Source: Octopus vulgaris (Eukaryota). Taken from it: 64,000 nucleotides of DNA. Each line of letters begins with the position of its first letter. Position 1 is the stretch's first letter. Made by a program: the position numbers and the translations under genes. This document shows, piece after piece, positions 40,003-52,289 of this stretch. The stretch covers positions 17,546,001 through 17,610,000 of the forward strand of contig OX597834.1 in the NCBI GenBank assembly GCA_951406725.2, in the 5' to 3' direction. Under the pieces are notes generated by a model. It was not told the origin of the DNA. It ran no database searches and saw only the letters and a program-made list of their open reading frames with translations.

Positions 40003-40873
40003 CTGGTGGTGAAAAGCACTTGTGGTGATGCCACAGAAAAGTGCCCATGCAGTGTCACGTAAAAGTGCCTGTGTGGAGCTATGCAAAAGTGCCCCTGTGG
40101 TGCCATGTAAAAGCACCCAGCACGCTCTTTAAAGCGGTTGGCATTAGGAAGAGCATCTAGCTATAGGAACCACGCCAAATCGGAGTGGAGTCTGGTGCAG
40201 CTCCCCAGCTTGCCAATTCTGGTCAGACCATCCAACCCATGCCAGTATGGACAAACGTATATTAAATGATGATGATGATGATGACATATACATACACATC
40301 TACACAGCTGCAACTCAATTTGAAACAATGCTGTCGTTTGTTTGTTCTCTTAAGCATGAGCAGCATGGACGTAGGTTTCCAGTCCTGCTAGGGACCGACA
40401 CTCTTTTGCACAGATGTGATAACGATGGTCACCAGAAAAAAATAACCAAAAAGCACATGAACAGTATATATATATTTCTTTACTGCCCACAAGGGGCTAA
40501 ACATAGAGGGGACAAACAAGGACAGACAAAGGGATTAAGTCGATTACATCGACCCCAGTGCGAAACTGGTACTTTATTTATCGACCCTGAAAGGATGAAA
40601 GGCAAAGTCAACCTCAGCAGAATTTGAACTCAGAACGTAGCATCAGACGAAATACCGCTAAGCATTTCGCCCGACGCGCTAGTGTTTCTGCCAGCTCGCT
40701 GCCTTTTGAATAGTATATAAAATAATGCACAGGTTACATGATGTCACTGGCACTAAGAATGACCTCACACATACACACAATTATTTTTAAAATTGTTTTT
40801 AAGATAACATTATTCCATCTCTCCAATACTTATTGAGTCGCTTATTTGCTCTTTTCTCTCATCTTTTCTTCAG

Positions 40874-41017
40874 TTACTCCTGTCAATAAATGTGCATATA
40901 GTGTAAACCGTCCAAACCAAAGTGAAAGTTCATCGTCTAATGGAAGCAGTCTACAACCGCCCCCAATCCCAAGTGCTGTCATTAATACAAGTCATAATCT
41001 ACCTGAAGAAATGAATG
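40874..41017 (+). CDS. SPATS2: SPATS2-like exon 12: (I)TPVNKCAYSVNRPNQSESS...PEEMN
   Basis: ttcttcag acceptor, ATG|gtaact donor, phase 1->1. Confidence 0.85.
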
Positions 41018-41878
41018 GTAACTTAACAACTGCTCATGATGATGATGCGTTTTTCTCTTTAATGATTTATAGGAATATTTTGTGTGTGCGTGTGTGAGAT
41101 GTTTTCGGATAATAGTATTTGTGTGCACATATGGAGGTGTTTGTTTATGGAGGAAGCTATTTGTTTGTGGGGATGTGGTTTGTGTGTGAGTGTGTGTGAA
41201 TGAATCTTTACTGTTTCATTGTGTTTTGCAACTGTCTGTCCTCCTCTTTTTTCTCTGGTGGACACACTGTACTAAGATGTGGCTGTGTGGTAAGTAGCTT
41301 GTTTACCAACTATATGGTTCCGGGTTCAGTCCCACTGCATGGCACCTTGGGCAAGTGTCTTCTACTATAGCCTCAGGCTGACCAAAGCCTTGTGAGTGGA
41401 TTTGGTAGACGGAAACTGAAAGAAGCCCATCGTATATATGTATATATATATGTATGTATGTGTGTGTGTTTGTGCGTCTGTGTTTGTCCCCCTAGCATTG
41501 CTTGACAACCGATGCTGGTGTGTTTATGTCCCTGTCACTTAGCAGTTCAGCAAAACAGACCGATAGAATAAGTACTGGGCTTACAAAGAATAAGTGCCAG
41601 GGTCGAGTTGCTCGATTAAAGGTGGTGCTCCAGCATGGCCGCTGTCAAATGACTGAAACAAGTAAAAGAGTAAAAGAGAGTATACAATCTTAATTCTGAA
41701 GATAAGTCTATGGAGGATGATTTGGCTGTAGATTGAGTATACTGGGGATTGTGTGTGTCTGTGGGAGAGAGAAGAGAAGGGTATTGAGGGAAGGGAAGAG
41801 TGATACAGTTGTAAACAAGAGATTTCTGTCAGGATTTTCTCCCCGTAGAAATGAAAGGGTTTTTGTGTTTTACTTTAG

Positions 41879-41982
41879 GGAACAACTCAAGCAATTCGAA
41901 CTCGACGTCACAAGATGCTACAACGGAAGAACCTGTTGCAGTCTCTTCGTGTCCTGTTAGTAGTAATACCAATAATGAACAG
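41879..41982 (+). CDS. SPATS2: SPATS2-like exon 13: GNNSSNSNSTSQDATTEEPV...NNEQ
   Basis: actttag acceptor, CAG|gtttga donor, phase 1->0, open frame. Confidence 0.78.
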
Positions 41983-42363
41983 GTTTGACATTTTCTTTAT
42001 ATATACTTTTGTCCTCTACAGAAATTAATAAAATCAAAAATATAGAAATAAGATATATTAATGACTAAAAAAAAAAATATATTCATTTGTTTTGAATTGT
42101 TTTATAGCAAGTTGATGCAGGTAGTCTATCTTGCCCCCCCCTCCTGACTTTTATTTCATGCAATTGAAAAACCCGCATTATTTATGGGATGACCCAATAT
42201 ATCCCTCTAGCTCTTTCGGAGAGGCACAAGCACCTACATACACATATACACACACGGCAGTAACTTCTGCCTACCAAAATCAATCACAAAGCTTCGGTTG
42301 GCCTGGGGCTATAGCAGAAGATACTTGCCCAAAGTGATATATATATATATATATATATATGCA

Positions 42364-42582
42364 TACAAGAGTGTGCTGAAAAGTTCCTGGCTTTGGGTAA
42401 AAGAAAATACAGGAGGATAAGTTAATTATGATTTTATTCAACATATTCCCCTCTCAGATTCACATACTTATTGCAGTGGTTCTTCAGTTTTTCTAAGCTC
42501 TGTAATAGAACTTTGAAGGTTGGACCTTCTTCCAGGCCTTTTGTGATACCCTTAAAACCAGAAACTTTTCACAACCTCCTAT
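42364..42582. mobile_element. mariner-type MITE
   Basis: TA|CAAGAGTGTGCTGAAAAGTTCCTGGCTT...AAACCAGAAACTTTTCACAACCTCC|TA degenerate TIRs. Confidence 0.7.
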
Positions 42583-44323
42583 TATATATGTGTGTGTGTG
42601 TGTGTACATGCGCATGTGTGTATTGTGTTTGTCCCAATACTACTGCTTGATAACTGGTGCTTGATAACATCCCTTTAACTTAGCAGTTTGACAAAAGAAA
42701 CCAATACACTAAGTGCCAAACTGGAAAATTAATTTTGGGCTCAATTTGTTCGACTATACCCTTTAGGGTGGTGCTCCAGCATGGCTGCTCTCCAATGACT
42801 GAAACAAGTAAAAGATAAAGAACTTGATTCTCTCTTTCTTCTTTTTTAATGCTCTCACTGCAGATCATGTTATTTTGCTATTTTACTCCAAGTCGACCTT
42901 GATCAAGCAGACTTTATGGTCAGAGACACTTTCAGCCATCTTTTCTTTTGAAGACAGTATAATGCTATTTGAGGGCACTTTGATCACTGTTTCTAGCTGG
43001 CCAAGTGACCACTCACTTATAACACACACTCACTCACTTTTTCACATTCACACTGTTTTTTTCCTCTCTCACTATTACACCCACAGATACAAACACACTT
43101 TCACTCAGATCTTCATCTTCACATACAAACAGACACAATGTTCTTTTCTTGTGTTTCATTGACAAAAAGAAAATCAATTAACAACAATAGGATCAAGACT
43201 TAAATACAGTTTTGAGAGTCTGTTAATATTAAATCAGTTTTTTGCTGAGATATAACTATTTTCTATATATCTATATTTAGAGATGAGTTATTCAGAAAAA
43301 GCAATAAAAGTTCATTAGTTTATTAGTTTCATCTATCATCTTTTATCTTTATTGGTTGTTTTACAGTTAGTTTTCCATGCTGTTGTAGGTTAGCCGGTTT
43401 TTCTAATATTCTGTGGAAACATGTCTGACAATGAGGCTATATTTACCTTACTCGGGAGCAGGTGAGGGTTGATGATAGGAAGGGAATCTGGCTGTAGAAA
43501 AAGTTGCTTCAACAAATTCTGCCTGACTTATGGGAGCCTGGTAAAGTGAACATTAAAACAGTGATGATGTAAAAAGCACCTGTTGAGCATTACCTGTGAT
43601 AGTGACATGTAAAAAGCACCTTTTAAGTGTTGGGCCTCACGGAAGCAACTGGCACCTGTGTTGGTGGCATGTAAAAAGCACCTGCTGAACATTGGCCCTC
43701 ATGGAGGCAATGTAGCCAATGCTGGTATCGCATAACTGGCAGGTAAAAAGTACTTTTTGAGCACTGGGCCTCATGGAAGTAACTGGCACCCATGCCGGTG
43801 GCACATAAAGGTCACTTGCTGAACATTGGGCCTCATGAAGGCAATGTGTCTGATGCTAGTGTCGTGTAATTGGAATCTGTGCTGGTGGCACGTAAAAAGC
43901 ACCTTTTGAGTGTTGGGCCTTACAGAGGCAATGACAAATGATTGAGACCTTTGGCGATATGCTGTGCTTGAGAAGAAGACCCATCAAGCCAAGTGAAATC
44001 ATAGTCGTGGCAGATACTGGTGTCACACAACTGGCACTCATTACACTCTTGGAGTGGTTGGCATTAGGAAGGGCATTCAGCCATAGAAACCATGCCAAAT
44101 CAGACCGGAGTCTGGTACAGCCCCTCGGCTTACCAGCCCTGGTCAAACCATCTAGCCCATGCCAGCATGAACAACGAACATTAGATGATGATGATGATGA
44201 TGATGTACACATAGACATACAAATACATTATGAATAGCTTGGTAGACAGAAATTTTAAAATGAGTTAACTGTATATATATATTTCTGGACTTAATTAAAA
44301 TATTTTTCTTCTATTTTCTCCAG

Positions 44324-44366
44324 TCTCAACATTCGAGAACGTTTTCAAGCAATTACAAATCATCAG
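44324..44366 (+). CDS. SPATS2: SPATS2-like exon 14: SQHSRTFSSNYKSS
   Basis: ttctccag acceptor, CAG|gtaatt donor, phase 0->1 links exon 13 to the last exon. Confidence 0.75.
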
Positions 44367-44392
44367 GTAATTAAGACTGTTATATCTTCTTT

Positions 44393-44839
44393 TTAACCCT
44401 TTTAGTACCAACCTTCCTAACACCACTCTTGCTTCTATCATTCCATACTTTCTGTTTTAATCCCTTTAGCATTCAGATTATCTATCAACCGTAATGCTTA
44501 TTTAGTCACATTGATTTGAATTAATCATGCATTATCTTATAGCTTTGAGATTTTGATGATGTGATTGTTTATTGTTAAAATGACATTGTAAGGTAGGTGC
44601 GAGAGGCCAGATCTGGTCAGTTTGATTATAAAACAGGCAGAATATTCGGGCCTGATGTGGCCAGTATAAATGCTAAAGGGTTAAAGTGATCTAAATTTAA
44701 ACCTTCCGTCAAAATTTCATATTAGTTTATATTCCATATACCAGCTTAATAAAGACAGTTATTTTGAAAAACTCTTCATTATTTTCCAGTGGAATAGAGG
44801 CAGTGTATTTCAGAAGAAATATGGTAAGAAAAGGGTTAG
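44393..44839 (+). mobile_element. pB2 MITE with pB1 MITE nested at an internal TTAA
   Basis: Outer TTAACCCTTTT...AAAAGGGTTAG; inner TTAA(44457)...GGG|TTAA(44684). Confidence 0.78.
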
Positions 44840-45871
44840 GTTAGGGTTAAGTGGTTCCTCTTGTGTCTTTCTCTGGTTCCCAGCCTACAAGCTTAAAAGT
44901 GGTTGGTGTTAGGAAAGGCATCCAGCTGTAAAAACCATGCCAAAACAAACATTTGGAGCTTGGTGCACTCTTTTGACTTGCCAGCTCCTGCCAAACCATC
45001 CAACCTGTGGAAGATAGACATTAAATGATGATAGTGATGATGATGATGATGATACCTACCCTACCTGAGACTACTCCTGGTTCTATGATACAAACTTTGT
45101 GACCTATCTACCCTAATGTAGGGCTTTTAGAAATATTTTTGGACAATTTTAAGTCCAGCAGTTTGATCTCTCAGTTATTGTGTCTTACAAAGCAAATATT
45201 CAGTTGTTAAAAAAACTGTACAAAGATCAGTGAAAAATAATCAGTTGTATGTGTTATTTTTTTTGTATTTAGTTTGGTGAATAATAGTAATCTTAAACAT
45301 TGGTACAATGCCATAAAATTAGGGAAAGGAATGTAGTTGTTTGATTAACCCTTTATCATTTAAACCAGCCATATTAGGCCCAAATATTTTATTTGTCTTG
45401 TGTTTAAATTGGCAGATCCAGCCTCTCATACTTACCCTACAATGTCATTCTAAGAATAAACAATCATATCGCAATATTGAATCAATGAGATAATGACTGA
45501 TTAATTTAAAACAATGTGGATGAATAAGTATTATTTTTAACAGAATACTCATAATGTTAAAAGGTTACATTGATTAAACCCTAGTACTTGTTTTCATTGA
45601 GTCAGGTGGTATTGGAACCCTGAACAAAAAGGGACTTAATGAAATACCACAAGATACTTCGTCTGTTGCTCTCTACTCAGCCTATGAATCACTTTCCTTT
45701 TGTGTGGTATAATAATTTTATCATTTCATATATACGGAGTGATTGGCGTTAGGAAGGGCATCCAGCTGTAGAAACACTGCCAGATCAGACTGGGCCTGGC
45801 GCAGCCTTCTGGCTTCCCAGACCCCAGTTGAACCGTCCAACCCATGCTAGCAGGGAAAACGGACGTTAAAC

Positions 45872-45908
<37 letters not shown>

Positions 45909-45929
45909 CTTTTCTTTCTCTTTAAACAG

Positions 45930-46168
45930 ATTATCGAAATAACTATAGTTCGGGTCGATCGTCTCGGAACTATCACCAAGTAAGTAACCGAGGTCATCGA
46001 AGAGGAGATGGGGGCTACAGAGGAAATTCCGATTCTTATTACCCGCACGAACAAAGAGTACAGTACCTGGGTCGGGGAGTGCATTTTGGAGCCCGTCGGT
46101 CCCGGCCTGGTGGAGTGTCGAGGCTGAAGACAAATTCTCGAGACCAAGATAATTCAGTTTACAGATAA
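45930..46168 (+). CDS. SPATS2: SPATS2-like terminal exon: R/G/Y-rich tail DYRNNYSSGRSSRNY...RGDGGYRG...DNSVYR*
   Basis: ttctctttaaacag acceptor, open to TAA at 46166-46168, CpG-rich coding-like composition, followed by AT-rich UTR-like sequence. Confidence 0.82.
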
Positions 46169-46787
46169 TTGACTCTCCCTCCCCCCCCTTTCTTCTCCAG
46201 CCCTTTTTGGAGTTGAGTTGATGGAAAACAAGGTACAAAAAAATCAAGTTTAAGAGTTCCCACTTCCACTTAACATGTAACAACAGTAAATATACAATCA
46301 TTCACGCATTCACTTTGCACATGAATGCATGCACTCATATTGTCATGATACATACATACATAATATGAAAAGGTTTTTTTTTTTCTCTCTTCCCTTTAAT
46401 TCCTTCTTAGTTAGGTTTAACATAAATACTAAAAAATATATAAAATAATGAAAAGTTAAAGAAAAAAAATGGCAAAATACAGAACAACCAAATCAGTCAA
46501 AAAAAATCAGGGAAATTAATCTATATGTACTATGTCATTATAATTGTCTCCCTTCGATAATGCTCTCTCTCTCTCACTCTCTCTTCTCTTTCTTTTTTCT
46601 CTCTCTTTCTCTCTCCCTCAATCTGTCAGTCTATCTCCCTCTCAAAAACGGAACCAAACAAGACATTTCTAAACATGAAACTAATTCTAGAAATGATCGT
46701 TTATGTTTGTCTTGAAATTTAGGGAGGGCAAGAAGAAAAAAAAAAATTAAAAATATATTTGCAAATTTCATCTTTAAAAAAACAAAA

Positions 46788-46805
46788 GAAATAAAATTTA
46801 ATAAA
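46788..46805 (+). terminator. Candidate polyadenylation signals (two AATAAA) for the SPATS2-like mRNA
   Basis: Two adjacent AATAAA hexamers about 620 nt after the stop codon. The context is A-rich, so they could be chance. Confidence 0.3.
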
Positions 46806-47116
46806 AATATAATAATTAAAAAAAATGCAAGAAAGAAGAAACAAGAATATGTTTGGAAAATATTCTTTATGTAAGCTAAACTATTTCTATTTCTACAATT
46901 TTTCCCCACTAAAAAAAAACCAAAAAGAATCAGCTCTTTATGAATCCTCTTTCATGTATTCGCCTTCGATGCTGAACAAACATTATCCTTCCAGAATAAC
47001 ATTTTTTTCCAAAGATATCCAAAGATATCCAATACATATCGATCACTAAAACGTTATAAAAACTGTATTGATTTGTTATCAAGTGTCTTCTGTTATTATT
47101 ATCATTATTATTATTA

Positions 47117-47159
<43 letters not shown>

Positions 47160-47330
47160 GGTGGCGAGCTGGCAGAATCACTAGCACACTGGGCAAAATG
47201 CTTAGTGGCATTTTGTCCGTCTCTACATTCTGAGTTAAAATTCCACCAAGGTTGACTTTGGTGGAAGCACCGAGTATTAAAAATTGTGTAATATATATAA
47301 ATGAGTTGCTATAAAGGAGATTTATGGATA

Positions 47331-47734
47331 GGCGCAGGAGTGGCTGTGTGGTAAGTAGCTTGTCTACCAACCACATGGGTCCAGGTTCAGTCCCACTGCG
47401 TGGCACCTTGGGCAAGTGTCTTCTACTATAGCCTCGGGCTGACCGAAGCCTTGTGAGTGGATTTGGTAGACGGAAACTGAAAGAAGCCCGTTGTATATAT
47501 GTGTATATATATATGCGTGTGTGTGTTTGTGTCTGTGTTTGTCCCCTAGCATTGCTTGACAACCGATGCTGGTGTGTTTATGTCCCCATTACTAAGCGGT
47601 TCGGCAAAAGAGACCGATAGAATAAGTACTGGGCTTACAAAAAGAATAAGTCCCGGGGTTGAGTTGCTCGATTAAAGGCGGTGCTCCAGCATGGCCGCAG
47701 TCAAATGACTGAAACAAGTAAAAGAGAGAGAGAG
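47331..47734 (+). mobile_element. SINE family A, full-length young copy
   Basis: Complete head, internal microsatellite and tail; CpGs retained. Confidence 0.92.
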
Positions 47735-48937
47735 TATAATGCTTGATTGGTGAAAAAAAATGGTTTGTACTGATAGTGGCATATATCTTATGATAGAAGA
47801 TAGAGTGAGATGTGGGAAAACTCGGTGAAGTCAGGTCTGAGGCCATATCTTGTGATGACACATAAAATGATATTTAATAAACGGTTATAATTGGAGAGTG
47901 AGCGAGTAGTTGGTTACAGCGTTTATAGAGTATTAAGTCAATTGTTAGCCACAGGGAATTAATTATGATTAGTTGTTGAAATATAATATCAGGTTAATGT
48001 ACTTTTAGTAAGCTAATGTATTATAATAATAATAAAGTAACGCACAAACACACACACATCACATTGATAAGTTTTTATATGAGAGATCTGTCGTTGCTTG
48101 AATTGGCCAACTTAGCTCTAGTGTAAATATTGTCAGTTCTAGATGAATCAGTTAGGGAACCTCTATGTGGTTATTCAATTTGCTAGAAATGGCAGTAAAT
48201 TTCCTTAGAAAACCAGAGACTGGACAATGTAGGCCTGGGTACACTACAACTGAAAATAAGATCGGAAGGTCATGGCTGGGACATCATTGAGCACAGGCTT
48301 GCAGGATGGATGTTGACTTGAGGTTAAACATTGATACCAACAACCCTTAAGGTTAATCATGATGAAATCTGAAATTAGAATCTACCACAATCAACTTTTA
48401 GATTTATGGGTAGTGTCAGCATTCATCAGACAGGTCTATCATCAAAGATGTTCCTATCATGAACTACCTGTCTTTTTTCAGACATAGTGTATCAAGGTCT
48501 TTATTATCCTGTGGTTTATTTTATTTTATTTTTATTTTTTAGACAATAGGGTGTAATTGAGGGAAATTTCCTGCTATTCCTAGCAGGTTAAACAAGCACG
48601 TAAAGAAGTTCTTTAGTTGATTTGTCTACAATTGATAACATATGTACTGCTGAATCAGTGAATGGCAACCCTCTTTGTATAAAAACTTATCTGTGTATGT
48701 GTGTGTGTGTGAGCTGGCAGAAACGTTAGCATGACGGGCGAAATGCGTAGCCGTATTTCGTCTGTCGTTACGTTCCGAGTTCAAATTCCGCCGAGGTCGA
48801 CTTTACCTTTCATCCTTTCGGGGTCAATAAATTAAGTACCAGTTACGCACTGGGGTCGATGTAATCGGCTTAATCTGTTTGTCTGTCCTTGTTTGTCCCC
48901 TCTGTGTTTTAGCCCCTTGTGGGTAGTAAAGAAATTA

Positions 48938-48984
<47 letters not shown>

Positions 48985-49907
48985 TAACTAACTAAAAGTA
49001 CATTAACCTCGTTATATTTCTACAGCTTATCTTTGTCATTATAATTCCCTGCAGCTAAGATTGACTTAATTAATAATACTTTATCAGTACTTTAACTAAC
49101 CACTCTCATCCAATTATAAGCTTTCGTTAAATACTGTGTGATTGTAAACAATAGTGCAAGAGTTAAATTACATAGTTCACTGTGTCTCGGGCTTCTTAAC
49201 CTAACTAAACCAGATTTGTTGTTTGCTCTTATAGTTTGTGTGTATATTTCTGCCTCAGCTTATGCATCTGCTGCTGGTGTGTGTGTGTATCTGTCTATGC
49301 ATGTCTGTTAACTTGCTTGCTCATTCATATAACTCTGTTTCTTTGCTCATATCTCTCTGTTTGTTTGTCTCACTTTATTTCCTTGCTCATTTGTGTAGTC
49401 TGTCTGTCTGTCTGACTCTCTCTGTCTCTCTTTTTTTCCTTGCTGATCTCTGTCTGTCTCTCTCTCTCTTTATTTCCTTGTTCATCTCTGTCTCTCTCAA
49501 CTGGCTTTCTTACCCTCTCTCTCTCTTTCTCTCTGTGTTTCTTTGCTCATATATATATATATATATGTCTTTATTGCCCACAAGGGGCTAAACAGAGAGA
49601 GGACAAACAAGGACAGACAAATGGATTAAGTCAATTATATCGACCTCAGTGTGTAACTGGTACTTAATTTATCGACCCCGAAAGGATGAAAGGCAAAGTC
49701 GACCTCGGCAGAATTTGAACTCAGAACGTAACGGCAGACGAAATACGCCTACGCATTTCGCCCGGCATGCTAACGTTTCTGCCAGTTCGCCACCTTATGT
49801 ATATATATATATAGCTGTCTCTTGCATTGTGGATGTGTTGTGTTTCTGAAAGCTTGCAGTAATGAGCAGTTCTGTTAACAAAACCCTGTTTTCCGATTCA
49901 CCTCTAT

Positions 49908-50110
49908 TTTATAAATTCAGGAGATGTACTCGCATAGCAAGTGATTTGATCTGAGATCGTGTGCTGGAGCGAAAACAATTGCAGCGTGGAAGGTGTTTGT
50001 AAGCCATTTAAGAAACACAAAAGCCGTTCAATTCACTAATCGAACGACTTTTGTGTGTTTCTTAAATGGCTTACAAACACTTTCCACGCTGCAATTGTTT
50101 ATAAATTCAG
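49908..50110. mobile_element. Short insertion with a 58-bp inverted repeat, flanked by a 13-bp direct repeat
   Basis: TTTATAAATTCAG at 49908 and 50098; arms 49973-50030 and 50042-50100. Confidence 0.8.
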
Positions 50111-52289
50111 TTGTATTGCAAAGAAATTTTCTTTTTTTTTTTTGTCGAGGAATGAAAAAAAGTGCAAGTAACATAACCACATCATGCCTTTTTAGTCAGC
50201 AAGATCAGAGCTGACCCGAATCCAAACAACAACAAAATCAACTGCATTGAGGATGTGATATTAGTAACCACCATAAACCTCACAGTATTGATGAAATGTT
50301 ACTCATGTGAGAATTTCACTATGCAATACTTCTGAGACACTGTTCTTTGGAAGAAGTCAAATGGAAATCTTATAGTTTTTTATATATTTGACTAATACTG
50401 AAATTTCTTGGCATTTTTCATTAGGAGTAGTTTATACATGCAGTGTTCCCCTGATGTTCATTTTCATTGGGGAAAACAAACCCTTTTGATCAAATTGAGT
50501 TAAGGTGGGTTTGGAGATTTGAATTTCTACATATCAGTAAAAACAATATAAAAAACAAAAACAAAAAAAAAACCCACATCCTCTTCTTCACACATTGTCT
50601 GATGTGCTTAATAGAGGTTTGTTCACCAAGAGCTCATTTGTGGAAAGGAGGTGCATTTAACTCTTTAGCATTCAGCTTATTTTGTCAAATGAGATGCTTT
50701 TTCGTTCACATTGTTTTTTAACTAATCGTGCTTTATCTCACAGCTTTGAAATTTTGATGATGTGATGATTGTATATTTTTAGAATGGCATTGAAGGGTAG
50801 GTATGATAGGCTGGCAAACTGGCAGAAGCATTATCACGCCGGGCGAAATGCTAAGCGGTATTTCGTCTACCGCTACATTCTGAGTTCAAATTCCGCCGAG
50901 GTTGACTTTGCCTTTCATCCTTTCGGGGTCGATTAAATAAGTACCAGTTATGCACTGGGGTCGATGTAATCGACTTAATCCGTTTGTCTGTCCTTGTTCG
51001 TCCCCTCTATGTGTAGCCCCTTGTGGGTAGTAAAGAAAGAGGTATGATAGGCTGGATCTGGCTGGTCAGAACATAAAACAAGTAGAATATTTGGGCTAGT
51101 TTTACCTTCTGAGTTCAAATTCCGCTGAGGTCGACTTTGGCTTTCATATTTTCGGGATTAATAAATTAAGTACCAGTTGCATAATGGGGTTGATCTAATT
51201 GACCTGTCCCCTCCACCAAAATTTTGGGCCTTGTGCCTAGAGTAGAAAATAACATTTGGGCCAGTTATGGCTGGTTTAAATGCTAAAGGGCTAATATAGG
51301 TCTGTTCACTAAGGGCTCATTTGCGGATAAATATGCCCCTATGCATTCCTTCTACATCTCTCTCTTCCAGCCCAGGGAGCCAAGGAGATGCCTGTAGATA
51401 TGTAACGGCTCCTTCTCTTCCACTCTCAAAGTCTCTTTCTTTTGATTTATTTTACAAAAGTTAGCAAACTTAGCAAACAATAGCAGTGTTCTTTTACCAT
51501 TCATTGTTTACTTGTTTCAGTCATTCGACTGCGACCATGCTGGGGCACCAACTTAAAGGGCTTAGTTGAACAAATTTGATCTCAGAGCTTATTTTTAAAT
51601 CTGGTCTTTATTCTGTTGGTCTCTTTTACTGAACCACTAAATTATGAGGATGTAAACAAACCAATACCAGCTGTCAAGTGGTGGTGGTGGTGGAGACAAA
51701 CACAACACACACACACACACGCATGTACATATATATGGCAGACTTGTTAGCGCGCCGGGCGAAATGCTTAGCAGTATTTTGTCTGTCGTTACGTTCTGAG
51801 TTCAAATTCCGCTGAGATCAACTTTGCATTTCATCCTTTCGGGGTCGATTAAATAAGTACCAGTAACGCACTGGGGTCGATATAATCGAATTAATCTGTT
51901 TGTCTGTCCTTGTTTGTCCACTCTGTGTTTGGCCCCTTGTGGGCAATAAAGAAATACATATATATGATGAACTTCTTTCAGTATCCATTGACCAAATTCA
52001 TTCACAAGGCTTTGGTCAGCTTGGGGCTACAGTAGAAAATTCTTGTGCTTGTACAAGGTGCCATGTAGCTGGATTGAACCAAAGACCACATACATGGTCA
52101 AAATGCAAGCTTCTAGATCACCCAGCTACACCATGATGATCTTTACTCCATTTGGCTGCTATACTCTTAGTTTGTGTGTAAACAATACAGCTGAGTGCAT
52201 ACCAAAAGCCATAACATACTTATTGGGGAACTGATGATGATGATGATGTTCAAATGATTTATGGTTTGTTTAGTTCCAGCCTGAAATGA

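Noticed and set aside
44832-44850. TTAGGTTAGGGTTA telomere-like motif
   Set aside because: Two or three units at a MITE end; not a telomeric array
45726-46301. 191-aa minus-strand ORF with poly-His
   Set aside because: Antisense shadow of the terminal exon plus the (GAT)n retroposon tail
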